Of a DNA stretch of 64,000 nt, positions 42,990 to 54,362 are shown piece by piece. Each line of letters opens with the position of its first letter. Within the stretch, counting starts at the first letter, position 1. The stretch is from an uncultured candidatus Porisulfidus sp. (lineage in GTDB: Bacteria; Pseudomonadota; Gammaproteobacteria; Poriferisulfidales; Poriferisulfidaceae): assembly GCA_965204575.1 (NCBI GenBank), contig OZ241993.1, positions 864,001 to 928,000 of the forward strand, given 5' to 3'. The position numbers were made by a program, and so were the translations under genes. Under the pieces are notes generated by a model that saw only the letters and a program-made list of their open reading frames with translations, was not told the origin of the DNA and made no database searches.

Positions 42990-44435
42990 ATGACAGAAGT
43001 TAAAACTACAACTATTCCTGATTTGCAAACAAGTGCAATGTCGACGGATAGCGATGAACGCGAAATTTTAAAATTGGTGGAGAATGCCAGATTTGCACAA
43101 TTGCAAGTAAATTCCTATACGCAAGAACAAGTAGATGAATTAGTGACATCAATTGCCTGGAGCGTTATCAAAAATAGAGAAGAATTGGCACGCATGGCTG
43201 TTGATGAGGGTGAGTTTGGAAATTACGCTGATAAAGTAACAAAGATTTACAATCGCGTAATAGGAACATTGGCGGATATGCGTTCAGTCAAGACTGTTGG
43301 TGTAGTTGAAGAGGACCCTGAGACCGGAATAACAAAGCTCGCTAAACCCGTGGGTGTAATTGGTGCACTTATTCCGGCAACAGGTCCTGATGCAACGCCG
43401 CCCGTCAAGGCATTAGGCGCGATTAAAGCAAGAAACGCGTTGATCATAGCGCCACACCCAAGGACAAAAAGAAGTTCAGCTAGAGTAGTCGAATGCATAC
43501 GAGAAGGTTGTACTCGCGTTGGTGCCCCTGAAGACCTGGCACAAGTGATAACCAGCCCTTCAATTCAAAAGACAAAAGTGCTAATGGAAAATGTAGATCT
43601 CATCGTGGCAACGGGGGGCATGAGTATGGTGAAAGCCGCATACAGCTCAGGGAAACCTGCATATGGAGTAGGTGTAGGGAATGCGGTACATATAGTGGAT
43701 GAAACCGCAGACCTCAACGATGCCGCTGATATGATTGCAAAGGCAAAGACATTTGATTTTGCAACAAGCTGCTTGGCGGATAACGCCATAGTAGTTCATC
43801 AAGATATCTACAAAGTACTAGTAAACAAGTTGATAGAACTTGGTGGTTATTTATGTAATAAAGCAGATAAAAATAGCCTTGAAAAAGTTATGTGGCCAAA
43901 AGATGCCCATATCCCATCTCCTGAAATCATCGCGAAATCTGCAGAGTCAATTGCGAAGAAGGCACAAATTGATATTCAGCCTGGCAAAAGCTTTCTGTTA
44001 GTAGAAGAAACCGGAATTGGAGAAGGCCATCCGTTCTCTGGAGAAAAACTGTCCGTTGTTTTAGCCGTCTATCAATATTCGGGTAAAATCGAAAATGCGG
44101 TAGATGTCGTAAATAGAATTACGAATTATCAGGGCTTGGGACATACATGCGGAATACATTCACAATCTGAAGCAAACATCAACTATGTTGCCCTAAATAC
44201 AAAAACAGCAAGAGTCATCGTGAATCAAAATCTTAATGAAGGAGCAGGCAGCCCCAGAAACGGATTGCCCTATACATTGTCACTTTCCTGTGGGACATGG
44301 GGAGGGAACATCACAACCGAAAATGTCAATGTTAGAAACTTTATGAATGTGACCTGGGTTTCACGTCCAGTACGTCCTCGTGCGTTTAACGAAGAGGAGC
44401 TGTTTGAAAATTATTGGAACAAATATGGCAAGTAA
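42990..44435 (+). CDS. CoA-acylating aldehyde dehydrogenase (SauS/AdhE-ALDH type)
   Basis: KPVGVI, ATGG.SMVKAAYSSGKP, GVGVGN, TSC (catalytic Cys), GEKLS, GHTCGIHS, LSCGTWG. Confidence 0.88.
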   Translation: MTEVKTTTIPDLQTSAMSTDSDEREILKLVENARFAQLQVNSYTQEQVDELVTSIAWSVIKNREELARMAVDEGEFGNYADKVTKIYNRVIGTLADMRSVKTVGVVEEDPETGITKLAKPVGVIGALIPATGPDATPPVKALGAIKARNALIIAPHPRTKRSSARVVECIREGCTRVGAPEDLAQVITSPSIQKTKVLMENVDLIVATGGMSMVKAAYSSGKPAYGVGVGNAVHIVDETADLNDAADMIAKAKTFDFATSCLADNAIVVHQDIYKVLVNKLIELGGYLCNKADKNSLEKVMWPKDAHIPSPEIIAKSAESIAKKAQIDIQPGKSFLLVEETGIGEGHPFSGEKLSVVLAVYQYSGKIENAVDVVNRITNYQGLGHTCGIHSQSEANINYVALNTKTARVIVNQNLNEGAGSPRNGLPYTLSLSCGTWGGNITTENVNVRNFMNVTWVSRPVRPRAFNEEELFENYWNKYGK

Positions 44436-44470
44436 GAATCAGTTATTGAGATTTTCTCGGCTATACATGG

Positions 44471-45985
44471 GTGCATGACATGAAACATTATGAGTTAGGG
44501 ACTGTAGAAGACCTAAAAAATTCTACCCGATTAAAACAAGAGGGTTTTGATGAAAATTTTTTAAAAGGAAAACGCCCTTCACCGATCGAACCGGTACAAA
44601 ATGTTATGGATTTGGCCGATGATATTAACAGCAAGAAATATGATGCCGTAATTGTTGGAAGTGGCCCGGGAGGATCAGCTGTTGCAAGAGAACTGGCAAG
44701 GGCAGGAAAAAAAGTAGTCGTACTGGAGTATGGGAAAGATCATCGAGGTAAATGGTATTACGGAACTGTCGCAGGACCTTTTCTCTACACCGAAAAACGT
44801 GGCTTTTTAAAATCTAAGGAAGGGGTAACAATTGTCCGCCCGATGCTTACTGGGGGGGCAACCAACATGTTTGCAAGTGCTGCTTCAGGCCCTCCATCTT
44901 GGTGGTTTGATAAAACGGGTGTGGATATAGAGTCTGAAGTTAACGAAACCATTGATGAGCTTCGGATTGAGGCGTTACCTGAAGAACTCACTGGCGCTGC
45001 ATCACAACGTATTGGAGAAGCAGGCAGAGATCTAGGCATGGACTGGGTGCCCCAAACAAAATTCATTCATCCAAAGCGGTGTTACTCTGAATTAGATTGC
45101 GGTGATAAATGCATGTTTGGTTGTCGATGTGGAGGCAAGTGGACTGCAAATGAATATTTGGATCAAGCTATTGAGGCCGGTGCGTCCGTTATTACCGAGT
45201 GTAACGTTCATAATGTTGAGATTGAAGATGGCGTAGCAACCGGGGTATATGCTGAAGTACACGGGGAAAGATTCAGACTGAATGGCCAGGTCGTTATTGT
45301 TTGTGCTGGAGGAATTGGCACACCTAGAATTTTACAAAATTCAGGCATTCATAATGCTGGAGATGCACTGGGTGTAGACACTACATTTGTTGTATATGGT
45401 GTCATCAAAGAGAAAGGAAATACTGGTGATCCACCTATGACGATCAGCTATTGTGACGATGAGAATGGTTTGATGTATTCGACACTCACTCAGCCATTTG
45501 GGCTATTTGCGCTTACTCAATATTACAAAGGTTGGAGGCATTTAAAGAAAGTGCCCAAGTTTCCGCGTATGCTAGGAATTATGGTTAAGATAAAAGAGGG
45601 CCTTAAAGGCTATGTGGCACCGGATGGACAGATCAGTATGCCTTTGTTGCATGATGATTTCCTCCGGGCAAACATTGGGTTCAGTACTAGCAAAAGTATT
45701 CTTATGAAAGCGGGATGTGATCCAAATACTATTTTTTGGAACCCCCCAAGAGGAACACATCCATGCGCAACAGTGCGTATAGGTGATCACTTGGATTCCG
45801 ATCTAAAAACTCTTGCATTTGATAACTTATATGTCTCGGATGCGAGCACTTTCCCATTACCCCTGGTACGTCCTCCGACACTTACAATTATTGGGCAAAG
45901 CAAGAGGTTGGCAAAGCATCTTATTGAAACCAAACTCAAAGACACTCAAATTCAGAAAGAGGAAAATATGGCATTGGCACAATAG
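44471..45985 (+). CDS. GMC family FAD oxidoreductase
   Basis: IVGSGPGG, GGAT, CGDKCMFGC, CAGGIGTPRIL, THPCATVRIG, LYVSDAS..P, PTLTI. Start is GTG 44471 or ATG 44480. Confidence 0.85.
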   Translation: MHDMKHYELGTVEDLKNSTRLKQEGFDENFLKGKRPSPIEPVQNVMDLADDINSKKYDAVIVGSGPGGSAVARELARAGKKVVVLEYGKDHRGKWYYGTVAGPFLYTEKRGFLKSKEGVTIVRPMLTGGATNMFASAASGPPSWWFDKTGVDIESEVNETIDELRIEALPEELTGAASQRIGEAGRDLGMDWVPQTKFIHPKRCYSELDCGDKCMFGCRCGGKWTANEYLDQAIEAGASVITECNVHNVEIEDGVATGVYAEVHGERFRLNGQVVIVCAGGIGTPRILQNSGIHNAGDALGVDTTFVVYGVIKEKGNTGDPPMTISYCDDENGLMYSTLTQPFGLFALTQYYKGWRHLKKVPKFPRMLGIMVKIKEGLKGYVAPDGQISMPLLHDDFLRANIGFSTSKSILMKAGCDPNTIFWNPPRGTHPCATVRIGDHLDSDLKTLAFDNLYVSDASTFPLPLVRPPTLTIIGQSKRLAKHLIETKLKDTQIQKEENMALAQ

Positions 45986-46032
45986 AAAATGCATGCAATT
46001 TTTTGTGCATTAAATAATTTACAAAAAGAAAA

Positions 46033-46695
46033 TTGGAAGAACTAGAATTAATCAGCTTAAAACTATGTCCTTTTGTACAAAGGGCGGTGATAGTTTTAAA
46101 TCACAAAAACATAAATTATAAAATCACTCATGTGGACTTGGAGAATCCACCAGGCTGGTTTAATAAAATCTCACCATTAAAGAAAGTTCCGCTTCTAAAG
46201 ATAGGTGAAAAAGATGTCCTGTTTGAATCAGCGGTTATCTGTGAATACATAGATGATGTTACACCAATCAAGTTACGGCCAGAAAACCCGCTCCAATTGG
46301 CATACAATCGTGCATGGATTGAATTTGGATCTACATGCCTTGTAGATCAGTATTTGCTGCTTTTAAAAAAAACAGAGAAAGAGTTTAAAGAGCAAGCTGA
46401 TCAAATCATCAGTAAACTACATTTAGTAGAGAATACTTTGAATAATCAGCCATTTTTTAATGGCGAACAATTCTCGCTTGTAGATGCCGCATATGCTCCA
46501 TTACTGATACGATATGAAATCATAAATAATATTATTCCAATATTTAATTCTCAGAGCTTTGAAAAGCTTTCAAACTGGTCAGATACGATTCTTGGATCAA
46601 GCGCTGTACAAGAATCAATAGAATCAGATTTCCTCACCCAGTATAAAGACAAAATTGCAGGTTTCGACGGATACTTGTCATCCCATATTAGCTAA
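46033..46695 (+). CDS. Glutathione S-transferase family protein
   Basis: LCPFVQRA, SPLKKVP, LFESAVICEYID, FSLVDAAYAP; TTG start. Confidence 0.9.
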   Translation: MEELELISLKLCPFVQRAVIVLNHKNINYKITHVDLENPPGWFNKISPLKKVPLLKIGEKDVLFESAVICEYIDDVTPIKLRPENPLQLAYNRAWIEFGSTCLVDQYLLLLKKTEKEFKEQADQIISKLHLVENTLNNQPFFNGEQFSLVDAAYAPLLIRYEIINNIIPIFNSQSFEKLSNWSDTILGSSAVQESIESDFLTQYKDKIAGFDGYLSSHIS

Positions 46696-46735
46696 AGATT
46701 AGCTAGAAAAACTCTACTCTAAAAAACTTTCTTTT

Positions 46736-47875
46736 GTGAATTTACTTGCATCCAGATCTGCAGTTTGTGCTGCATTGATATTGGCCATAGGAATGGGTTT
46801 TGGACGTTTTTGTTTTACAGGCATTTTCCCTGTAATGGCTGATGAAGGATCGTTGACACTAGATGGGGGCGCCTATGTGGCATCTGCAAACTACGCAGGA
46901 TATTTGCTTGGTGCATTGTTAGCTATTAATACGCACCCTAATGACTCGTTTAAGCTGTGTCTTTATTCGATTTTAGGTACCGCATTGACAATTGCGTTTT
47001 TGGCTGTGTACCAGAGCGTGTGGTTTTTGATTGTCATGCGTGGCCTTTCAGGTGTATTCAGCGCCACTGCAATGGTTGGCGCCTCATCATGGTTATTGCA
47101 GTACAAAGGGGATCATCGTGCTTCGCCAATTTTATACGCAGGTATTGGGTTTGGAATTTTAATTTCGGCAGAAATCATCGCTATAGGTCAGCACTTTGGA
47201 TTTGGTAGTGCGGAATTATGGTTCTTGCTAGGCGGAGCGGGTTTGCTAATTGGGATACCTTGTATTTGGCTGATGAAAATGGATTCAGCGGGAAAGACCG
47301 TAGACCAAATCTATACAGGCATTCACAGTGCAGAAGTATTTGACAAGTGGAAACTAGTTTTAATTTATGGGTTAGCAGGGTTTGGTTATATCATTACCGC
47401 CACTTACCTTCCCTTGATAATCAAAAATGACTTGGGCATTGGAATCGGTATCCACATATGGGCAGTGTTTGGATTAGGAGCGATGTTCTCATGTTTTTTT
47501 TGGCATGGGGTTCAAGCTAAACTGGGCTCAAGAAATTCGTTATTTGTTAATTTAATTATCCAATCGATCGGTGTAGCGCTTCCAGTATTCAGTCAAACAT
47601 TATCCAGTTATTTGTGCAGTGCACTCTTGGTTGGTGGCACATTTATGGGATTTGTTACTATTGCTAAATCAATAGCACTGCAAATATCTCATGAAGCACG
47701 AGGTAACCTCATGGCAATCATGACTACTTCGTTTGGAATAGGCCAGATTGCGGGTCCGCTGGTTGCCAACGAGACCTATGATGTGAGCAAATCGTTTTCT
47801 TTGTCTTTTCTCATGGCAAGTATGGCGCTAATTATTGCAGCCGTAATCTCTTTAAAAGCTAACAGGAAAATTTGA
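46736..47875 (+). CDS. MFS transporter (YbfB/YjiJ-like)
   Basis: GMGFGRF, SANYAGYLLG, YGLAGFGYIITATYLP, GGTFMG, GIGQIAGP; about 12 hydrophobic segments. Confidence 0.88.
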   Translation: MNLLASRSAVCAALILAIGMGFGRFCFTGIFPVMADEGSLTLDGGAYVASANYAGYLLGALLAINTHPNDSFKLCLYSILGTALTIAFLAVYQSVWFLIVMRGLSGVFSATAMVGASSWLLQYKGDHRASPILYAGIGFGILISAEIIAIGQHFGFGSAELWFLLGGAGLLIGIPCIWLMKMDSAGKTVDQIYTGIHSAEVFDKWKLVLIYGLAGFGYIITATYLPLIIKNDLGIGIGIHIWAVFGLGAMFSCFFWHGVQAKLGSRNSLFVNLIIQSIGVALPVFSQTLSSYLCSALLVGGTFMGFVTIAKSIALQISHEARGNLMAIMTTSFGIGQIAGPLVANETYDVSKSFSLSFLMASMALIIAAVISLKANRKI

Positions 47876-47946
47876 TTAATCTGCATAGCGATAACCGACA
47901 AGCCTCTGGGTATGTACAGATCCTATGTGAAATTGGACAGTTCAAA

Positions 47947-48032
47947 TGGTGCCGATGGCCGGACTCGAACCGGCACGGCTTTCGCCACTGCCCCCTCAAG
48001 ACAGCGTGTCTACCAGATTCCACCACATCGGC
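47947..48032 (-). tRNA. tRNA-Leu(GAG)
   Basis: GCCGATGTGGTGGAATCTGGTAGACACGCTGTCTTGAGGGGGCAGTGGCGAAAGCCGTGCCGGTTCGAGTCCGGCCATCGGCACCA: cloverleaf with long variable arm and encoded CCA; follows secG as usual. Confidence 0.97.
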
Positions 48033-48067
48033 ACTGCCTGCAGTATTATCACAAAACGCGCCAAATC

Positions 48068-48436
48068 CTACTCAGGAATTTCTCCGGCTGGGCCCAATTC
48101 CGGTTCGAATTCCGAAATAACCGGCTGTTCCGGGATGCCGGGTTCGGGAAGGGCCTGCTCGGCTTCCGGTACGGCAATTTGCCCCATGAGGCTCTGTTCG
48201 GGTGGTGCGGTTTTGACGATCCACGCCAGCGCTAGGCAGTTGATGAAAAACAGGGCAACGATGACGGCGGTGATCCGACTGAGAAAGGTTGCGCTTCCGC
48301 GTGCGCCGAAAACAGAACCGGAGGCGCCGCCGCCGAATGCTGCGCCGGTATCCGCGCCCCGGCCGTGCTGCAGCAGCACCAGGCCGATGATGCTCAGCGA
48401 CAGCAGGATCGCGGTGATGAGGAGGACGGTGTACAT
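48068..48436 (-). CDS. secG: Preprotein translocase subunit SecG
   Basis: LVLLQHGRGADTGAAFGGGASGSVFG...FLSRIT. Confidence 0.95.
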   Translation of the reverse strand: MYTVLLITAILLSLSIIGLVLLQHGRGADTGAAFGGGASGSVFGARGSATFLSRITAVIVALFFINCLALAWIVKTAPPEQSLMGQIAVPEAEQALPEPGIPEQPVISEFEPELGPAGEIPE

Positions 48437-48440
48437 CTGC

Positions 48441-49214
48441 CTATTTTCGCACGGCCTGGCAAATGGACAGGAATTCGTCGGCCTTCAGGGAAGCGCCGCC
48501 GACCAGGCCGCCGTCGATATCTGGCATGGAGAACAATTCCGACGCATTGGCTGCCTTGACGCTGCCGCCGTACAGCACGACCGTGTCCTGCGCAGCGGTT
48601 CCGAGCTTCTGCTCCAAGTGCGCCCGGATGGCGGCGTGCACTTCCTGCGCCATGTCTGGGGTGGCCGCGACTCCAGTGCCGATGGCCCAGACCGGCTCGT
48701 AGGCGATCAGCGCGCGCGGGAATGCGTCCGGGAAGCTTCGGACCGGCTGCAGTTGCCGGTGGATCACGTCCAGGGTCTGTCCCGCCTCGCGCTCCTCCAG
48801 GGTTTCTCCGACGCACAGGATCGCCCGGGGTGCGCCCGGGGTGTCTTGTTGCGCCGACTGGTGCAGGAGGGCGAACTTCTGCTCGATCAACTCGTCGGAT
48901 TCGCCGTACACGTGACGGCGCTCGGAATGGCCGATGATGGCGTGCGAGCAGCCCAGTTCGGCCAGCATGGCCACGGAGACTTCGCCGGTGAAGGCGCCCT
49001 CGGGTTGGTCGCAGACGTTCTGCGCGCCGATCTGGACCGGGCTTTCCGTAGTCTCTTCCAGGACGTCAAGCAGGTGGACGAACGGAGGGCAGAGCAGGAC
49101 TTCCGGAGCGGTCGCATCCCCGACCCCCTGTGCGACGGCACGGGCCAACGCCCGGGCGGTGTCCCGGGAGCCATGCATTTTCCAGTTGCCGGCGACGACG
49201 GTCGGTCGAGCCAT
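48441..49214 (-). CDS. tpiA: Triosephosphate isomerase
   Basis: AGNWKM, GHSERR, AYEPVWAIGTG, LYGGSV, LVGGASL. Confidence 0.97.
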   Translation of the reverse strand: MARPTVVAGNWKMHGSRDTARALARAVAQGVGDATAPEVLLCPPFVHLLDVLEETTESPVQIGAQNVCDQPEGAFTGEVSVAMLAELGCSHAIIGHSERRHVYGESDELIEQKFALLHQSAQQDTPGAPRAILCVGETLEEREAGQTLDVIHRQLQPVRSFPDAFPRALIAYEPVWAIGTGVAATPDMAQEVHAAIRAHLEQKLGTAAQDTVVLYGGSVKAANASELFSMPDIDGGLVGGASLKADEFLSICQAVRK

Positions 49215-49255
49215 GAAAGGGATCCGGTGGTTATCGGGGGGTAATGCGGTGGGGC

Positions 49256-49261
49256 ATTATA
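49256..49261 (-). promoter_or_regulatory. -10 element upstream of tpiA
   Basis: TATAAT on the minus strand about 41 nt before the ATG. Confidence 0.4.
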
Positions 49262-49272
49262 AAGGGCGGTTC

Positions 49273-50604
49273 TCAGGCACCCGTGTCGATCGAGTTGGCG
49301 ATAGATTGCGCGAGGGCTTCGACCCTTCCGTGATCTTCTCCCTCCACCATGACACGCAACACCGGCTCTGTCCCGGAGGGGCGCAGGAGAACCCGACCTT
49401 GCTCGCCCAGTTCATTGCGCGCACTCTGCACGGCCGCATCCGTGGCCGGGCCGGGCGTACGGTCGCGTGGGCAACGCACATTGATCATGGTCTGTGGATA
49501 CTTCCGCAGGTCCGAACGCGCCTGGCACAGGGGCTGGCCGAGAATATGCAGCGCTTCCAGTGTCTGTAGCGCCGCAACCATCGCGTCGCCGGTGCAGGCC
49601 CGGTCGCGGCAGATGATGTGGCCGGAGGTCTCTCCGCCGAGTTGCCAGTCGCGGGCCAGCAGTAATTCCTGGACATAGCGGTCGCCGACCGCAGCCCGCT
49701 CGAACGGGATTTCCAGGGCGGCCAGTGCTTTCTCCAGGCCCAGGTTGCTCATCTGGGTGCCGGCCACGCCGCCGTTCAGGGTGCCCTGAATCTGCCGGGC
49801 GCGGGCAATGACATACAAGAGATCGTCCCCGTCCGCGATTTCGCCGTCTTCGTCGATCATGATCAGCCGGTCGCCGTCGCCGTCCACGGCTAGCCCGAGA
49901 GTGGCACGGTGTTCACGGGTTTGGGCGCGGACATATTCCGGGCAGGTCGCACCACAACCATCGTTGATGTTCGTCCCGTCAGGCTCCACGCCGACGGTAG
50001 CCACGTCTGCGCCTAGTTCCTCGAACAGTTTCGACGCAAGCTGGTAAGCGGCTCCGTGCGCGCAGTCGACCAGCAGGCACAAGCCGTCGAGGCGGAACCC
50101 CTCGGGCACGGTGCCCTTGCAGAAATCAAGGTAGCGGCGCCCGGCGTCATTGATTCGGCGGGCCTTGCCGGGCAGCGACCGGGGGTCGATGTCCATCGGC
50201 TGCTCAAGTTCCGCTTCGATGCGATGCTCGATCTCATCGGGCAGTTTGGCGCCGTCCGCGTCGAACAGCTTGATGCCGTTGTCGTAGTGCGGGTTGTGCG
50301 AGGCGCTGATGACGATGCCGGCGCAGGCATCCAGTTCCCGGGTCAGTTGGGCGATGGCGGGAGTCGGCTGGGGGCCCAGCAGCAGGACATTGACGCCGGC
50401 CGCGGATAAACCGGCCTCCAGCGCAGACTCGAACATGTAGCCGGAACGGCGGGTGTCCTTGCCGATCAGGATCTGGGGGAATTCGGACTCGCGCCCGAGT
50501 ACGCGCCCGATGGCCCAGCCCAGGCGCAGCACGAAGTCCGGCGTCATCGGGCTGACTCCAACCCGGCCCCGGATTCCGTCAGTTCCGAAATAGGTGCGGG
50601 ACAT
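49273..50604 (-). CDS. glmM: Phosphoglucosamine mutase
   Basis: YFGTDGIRG, ISASHNP, DGDGDR, GGETSGH, LRPSGTEP. Confidence 0.97.
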   Translation of the reverse strand: MSRTYFGTDGIRGRVGVSPMTPDFVLRLGWAIGRVLGRESEFPQILIGKDTRRSGYMFESALEAGLSAAGVNVLLLGPQPTPAIAQLTRELDACAGIVISASHNPHYDNGIKLFDADGAKLPDEIEHRIEAELEQPMDIDPRSLPGKARRINDAGRRYLDFCKGTVPEGFRLDGLCLLVDCAHGAAYQLASKLFEELGADVATVGVEPDGTNINDGCGATCPEYVRAQTREHRATLGLAVDGDGDRLIMIDEDGEIADGDDLLYVIARARQIQGTLNGGVAGTQMSNLGLEKALAALEIPFERAAVGDRYVQELLLARDWQLGGETSGHIICRDRACTGDAMVAALQTLEALHILGQPLCQARSDLRKYPQTMINVRCPRDRTPGPATDAAVQSARNELGEQGRVLLRPSGTEPVLRVMVEGEDHGRVEALAQSIANSIDTGA

Positions 50605-50626
50605 GCGCGGTCGGCCGCGACTGGAA

Positions 50627-52552
<1,926 letters not shown>

Positions 52553-52590
52553 GCGCGCTTTTCCCGGAAACCTTGGCCTTTCAGCATACT

Positions 52591-52599
52591 AGGATAGCA
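52591..52599 (-). promoter_or_regulatory. Extended -10 promoter of ftsH
   Basis: TGCTATCCT on the minus strand about 38 nt upstream of the ATG. Confidence 0.4.
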
Positions 52600-52801
52600 G
52601 ATGGCGCGGGGACCGCGGGCGCATTCTGCTCCTGTAACGAGATATGGGGGAGCAGGCGGGGATTTCCAAGCCAAGACTAGGAGCGTTGCTCTCGAATGAG
52701 GTGCAACGACGATACGTGTCATTTCTAGCAACTGAAACATTATTTTCGGTACTTAACCAGTTTTGTGCATGTAATGAAAGTAAACGGAACATAGTTTGGT
52801 A

Positions 52802-53521
52802 TTACTGGGGCAGTGGTGGGGAAAAGAGATTTGAAACCGTAAAATCAGCGATCAAGTATGTCGATGCTGCAAAGATAACAAAAAGTGCCCATGCTGACAC
52901 GACTGCTAGCCGGTAAAGGTTTCTAAAGATACTTTCTCCTGTTGTACCATGTGTGAATCTATGCGCTAATCGAATCAGGAAATCAGATGCTAGGAGACTA
53001 GAAATGCCATTTGACACTGTATAGAAAAGAGGGCCAAGTGTTCCTATGGCAATTAATGTACCTAGGATGAAATAAGCTGTAGCTTGCCAAGACAAGATAA
53101 TAGCGTTTTCGTTTGTCCAGAAAAGAACTCCCCCGGCACCAAGCCAGACAAACATAACGAAGCCACCAACAAACTCTTTCCTTTTATCATCGGATTTATG
53201 GCGAATCCCATGAAGGACTTTTTGAAATTCGATAGATTGATTCTTATGGATAGCCTCAATAACACTCAATGTCTCTTCTGCCTGTTTGTTGCTAGCTTCA
53301 ATCAGAGTTTCAGAAATATTATGGAAGTGGGTCTCATGAATCGCGTCTATAGATCTGATTGCTCTGATTTGCAACATTATTATTTCGGTTTGCTTGCCAC
53401 TACTTTTGTGGAGATTTTCCATAAAGTCTTCAAGGACCTTATGAAATTGATTTTCCTGAAACGTGTTAAGAGATCGAATCGTTTCTTCGATTGAGAGTTG
53501 CTCGTTCTCGTTTTTAGTCAT
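52802..53521 (-). CDS. Hypothetical membrane protein (helical N-terminus, about three C-terminal TM segments)
   Basis: 239-aa ORF in AT-rich DNA with clear hydrophobic segments. Confidence 0.55.
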   Translation of the reverse strand: MTKNENEQLSIEETIRSLNTFQENQFHKVLEDFMENLHKSSGKQTEIIMLQIRAIRSIDAIHETHFHNISETLIEASNKQAEETLSVIEAIHKNQSIEFQKVLHGIRHKSDDKRKEFVGGFVMFVWLGAGGVLFWTNENAIILSWQATAYFILGTLIAIGTLGPLFYTVSNGISSLLASDFLIRLAHRFTHGTTGESIFRNLYRLAVVSAWALFVIFAASTYLIADFTVSNLFSPPLPQ

Positions 53522-54362
53522 TAGTTTTTTTGGGCTTTTAGGCGCGTGTGCAGGTTACGGCGCAGAATTGGGCTAATTATGAAGCCCGTTATTCTAACGT
53601 TTGCGATTCTGATCGGTGTGCTTTGGGTATCCCGGTAGGGCGCGTGACCGAGATTTGCGCAGACTAACTATGGCTACCCTCCCTCTACAAAATTATCCCG
53701 GACTGGGACTGGGAGGATCGCACCCTATTCCATATTCCATGGCGACAACCCGAAATTCCTGCGGGCGATTAACAGCAATTCTGATCGCCACCGGCCCGCC
53801 TTTCAAGAAAGGCAAAGATTTTCACGCCACGCCGACTAACCTGACATCCGACTCCAAGTTTCAGAATCAGTGGTTACGCTTAATGGTGGCGGGGTAGATA
53901 AGCAAGTTGTCCAGGTTCTTGGCAGGTCTGCGTGGATAATATCTATTCTGCAAATGTCTTTCGTGCATACTGCGCCTTGGTCTTTGCCACTTATAGTGAA
54001 AATTCACTAACCATTTCCTCTTGAAAATGACTCTTTGGGAAACTTTTCTATGGTGGTTTATCTTGCCAGTTGGATGGCTGACGATAGCAGTGTTCCATTT
54101 GTCTGGCCAACGCTCTTTTTTGAAAATGCGTACATTGCATATTGGGCTTGGTCGATTTGGCTTACGATTGCTCTTGGAGATTTCACATCCGCCTTCCTTA
54201 TCCGCCTTCCTTATGTATACTTATACCCACAATATGAAGGAAGGGGAAAATCTATTATTGGGTGACAGCAGCAGTTTATTTCTGACGGCAGTCGGTGCAA
54301 TAATGGAAGAACTGGCAATTCAGAAAATAAAGCTCACATTTAGTTTGAAAGGGTTGTTGCTG

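Larger units (their letters stand above)
32361..47969. mobile_element. tRNA-Leu-integrated metabolic island (coenzyme M / epoxide metabolism) without an integrase
   Basis: Flanking direct repeats, AT-rich interior, an IS remnant and all genes on the + strand. Confidence 0.85.

Noticed and set aside
53884-53900. Minus-strand ...CCCCGCCACCA resembling a tRNA 3' end
   Set aside because: No T-arm or cloverleaf and no matching tRNA in the window; too short to call an att site.
54021-54362. Upstream part of the 205-aa ORF
   Set aside because: TTG start without an RBS and unconvincing composition; the signal peptide begins at ATG 54363.
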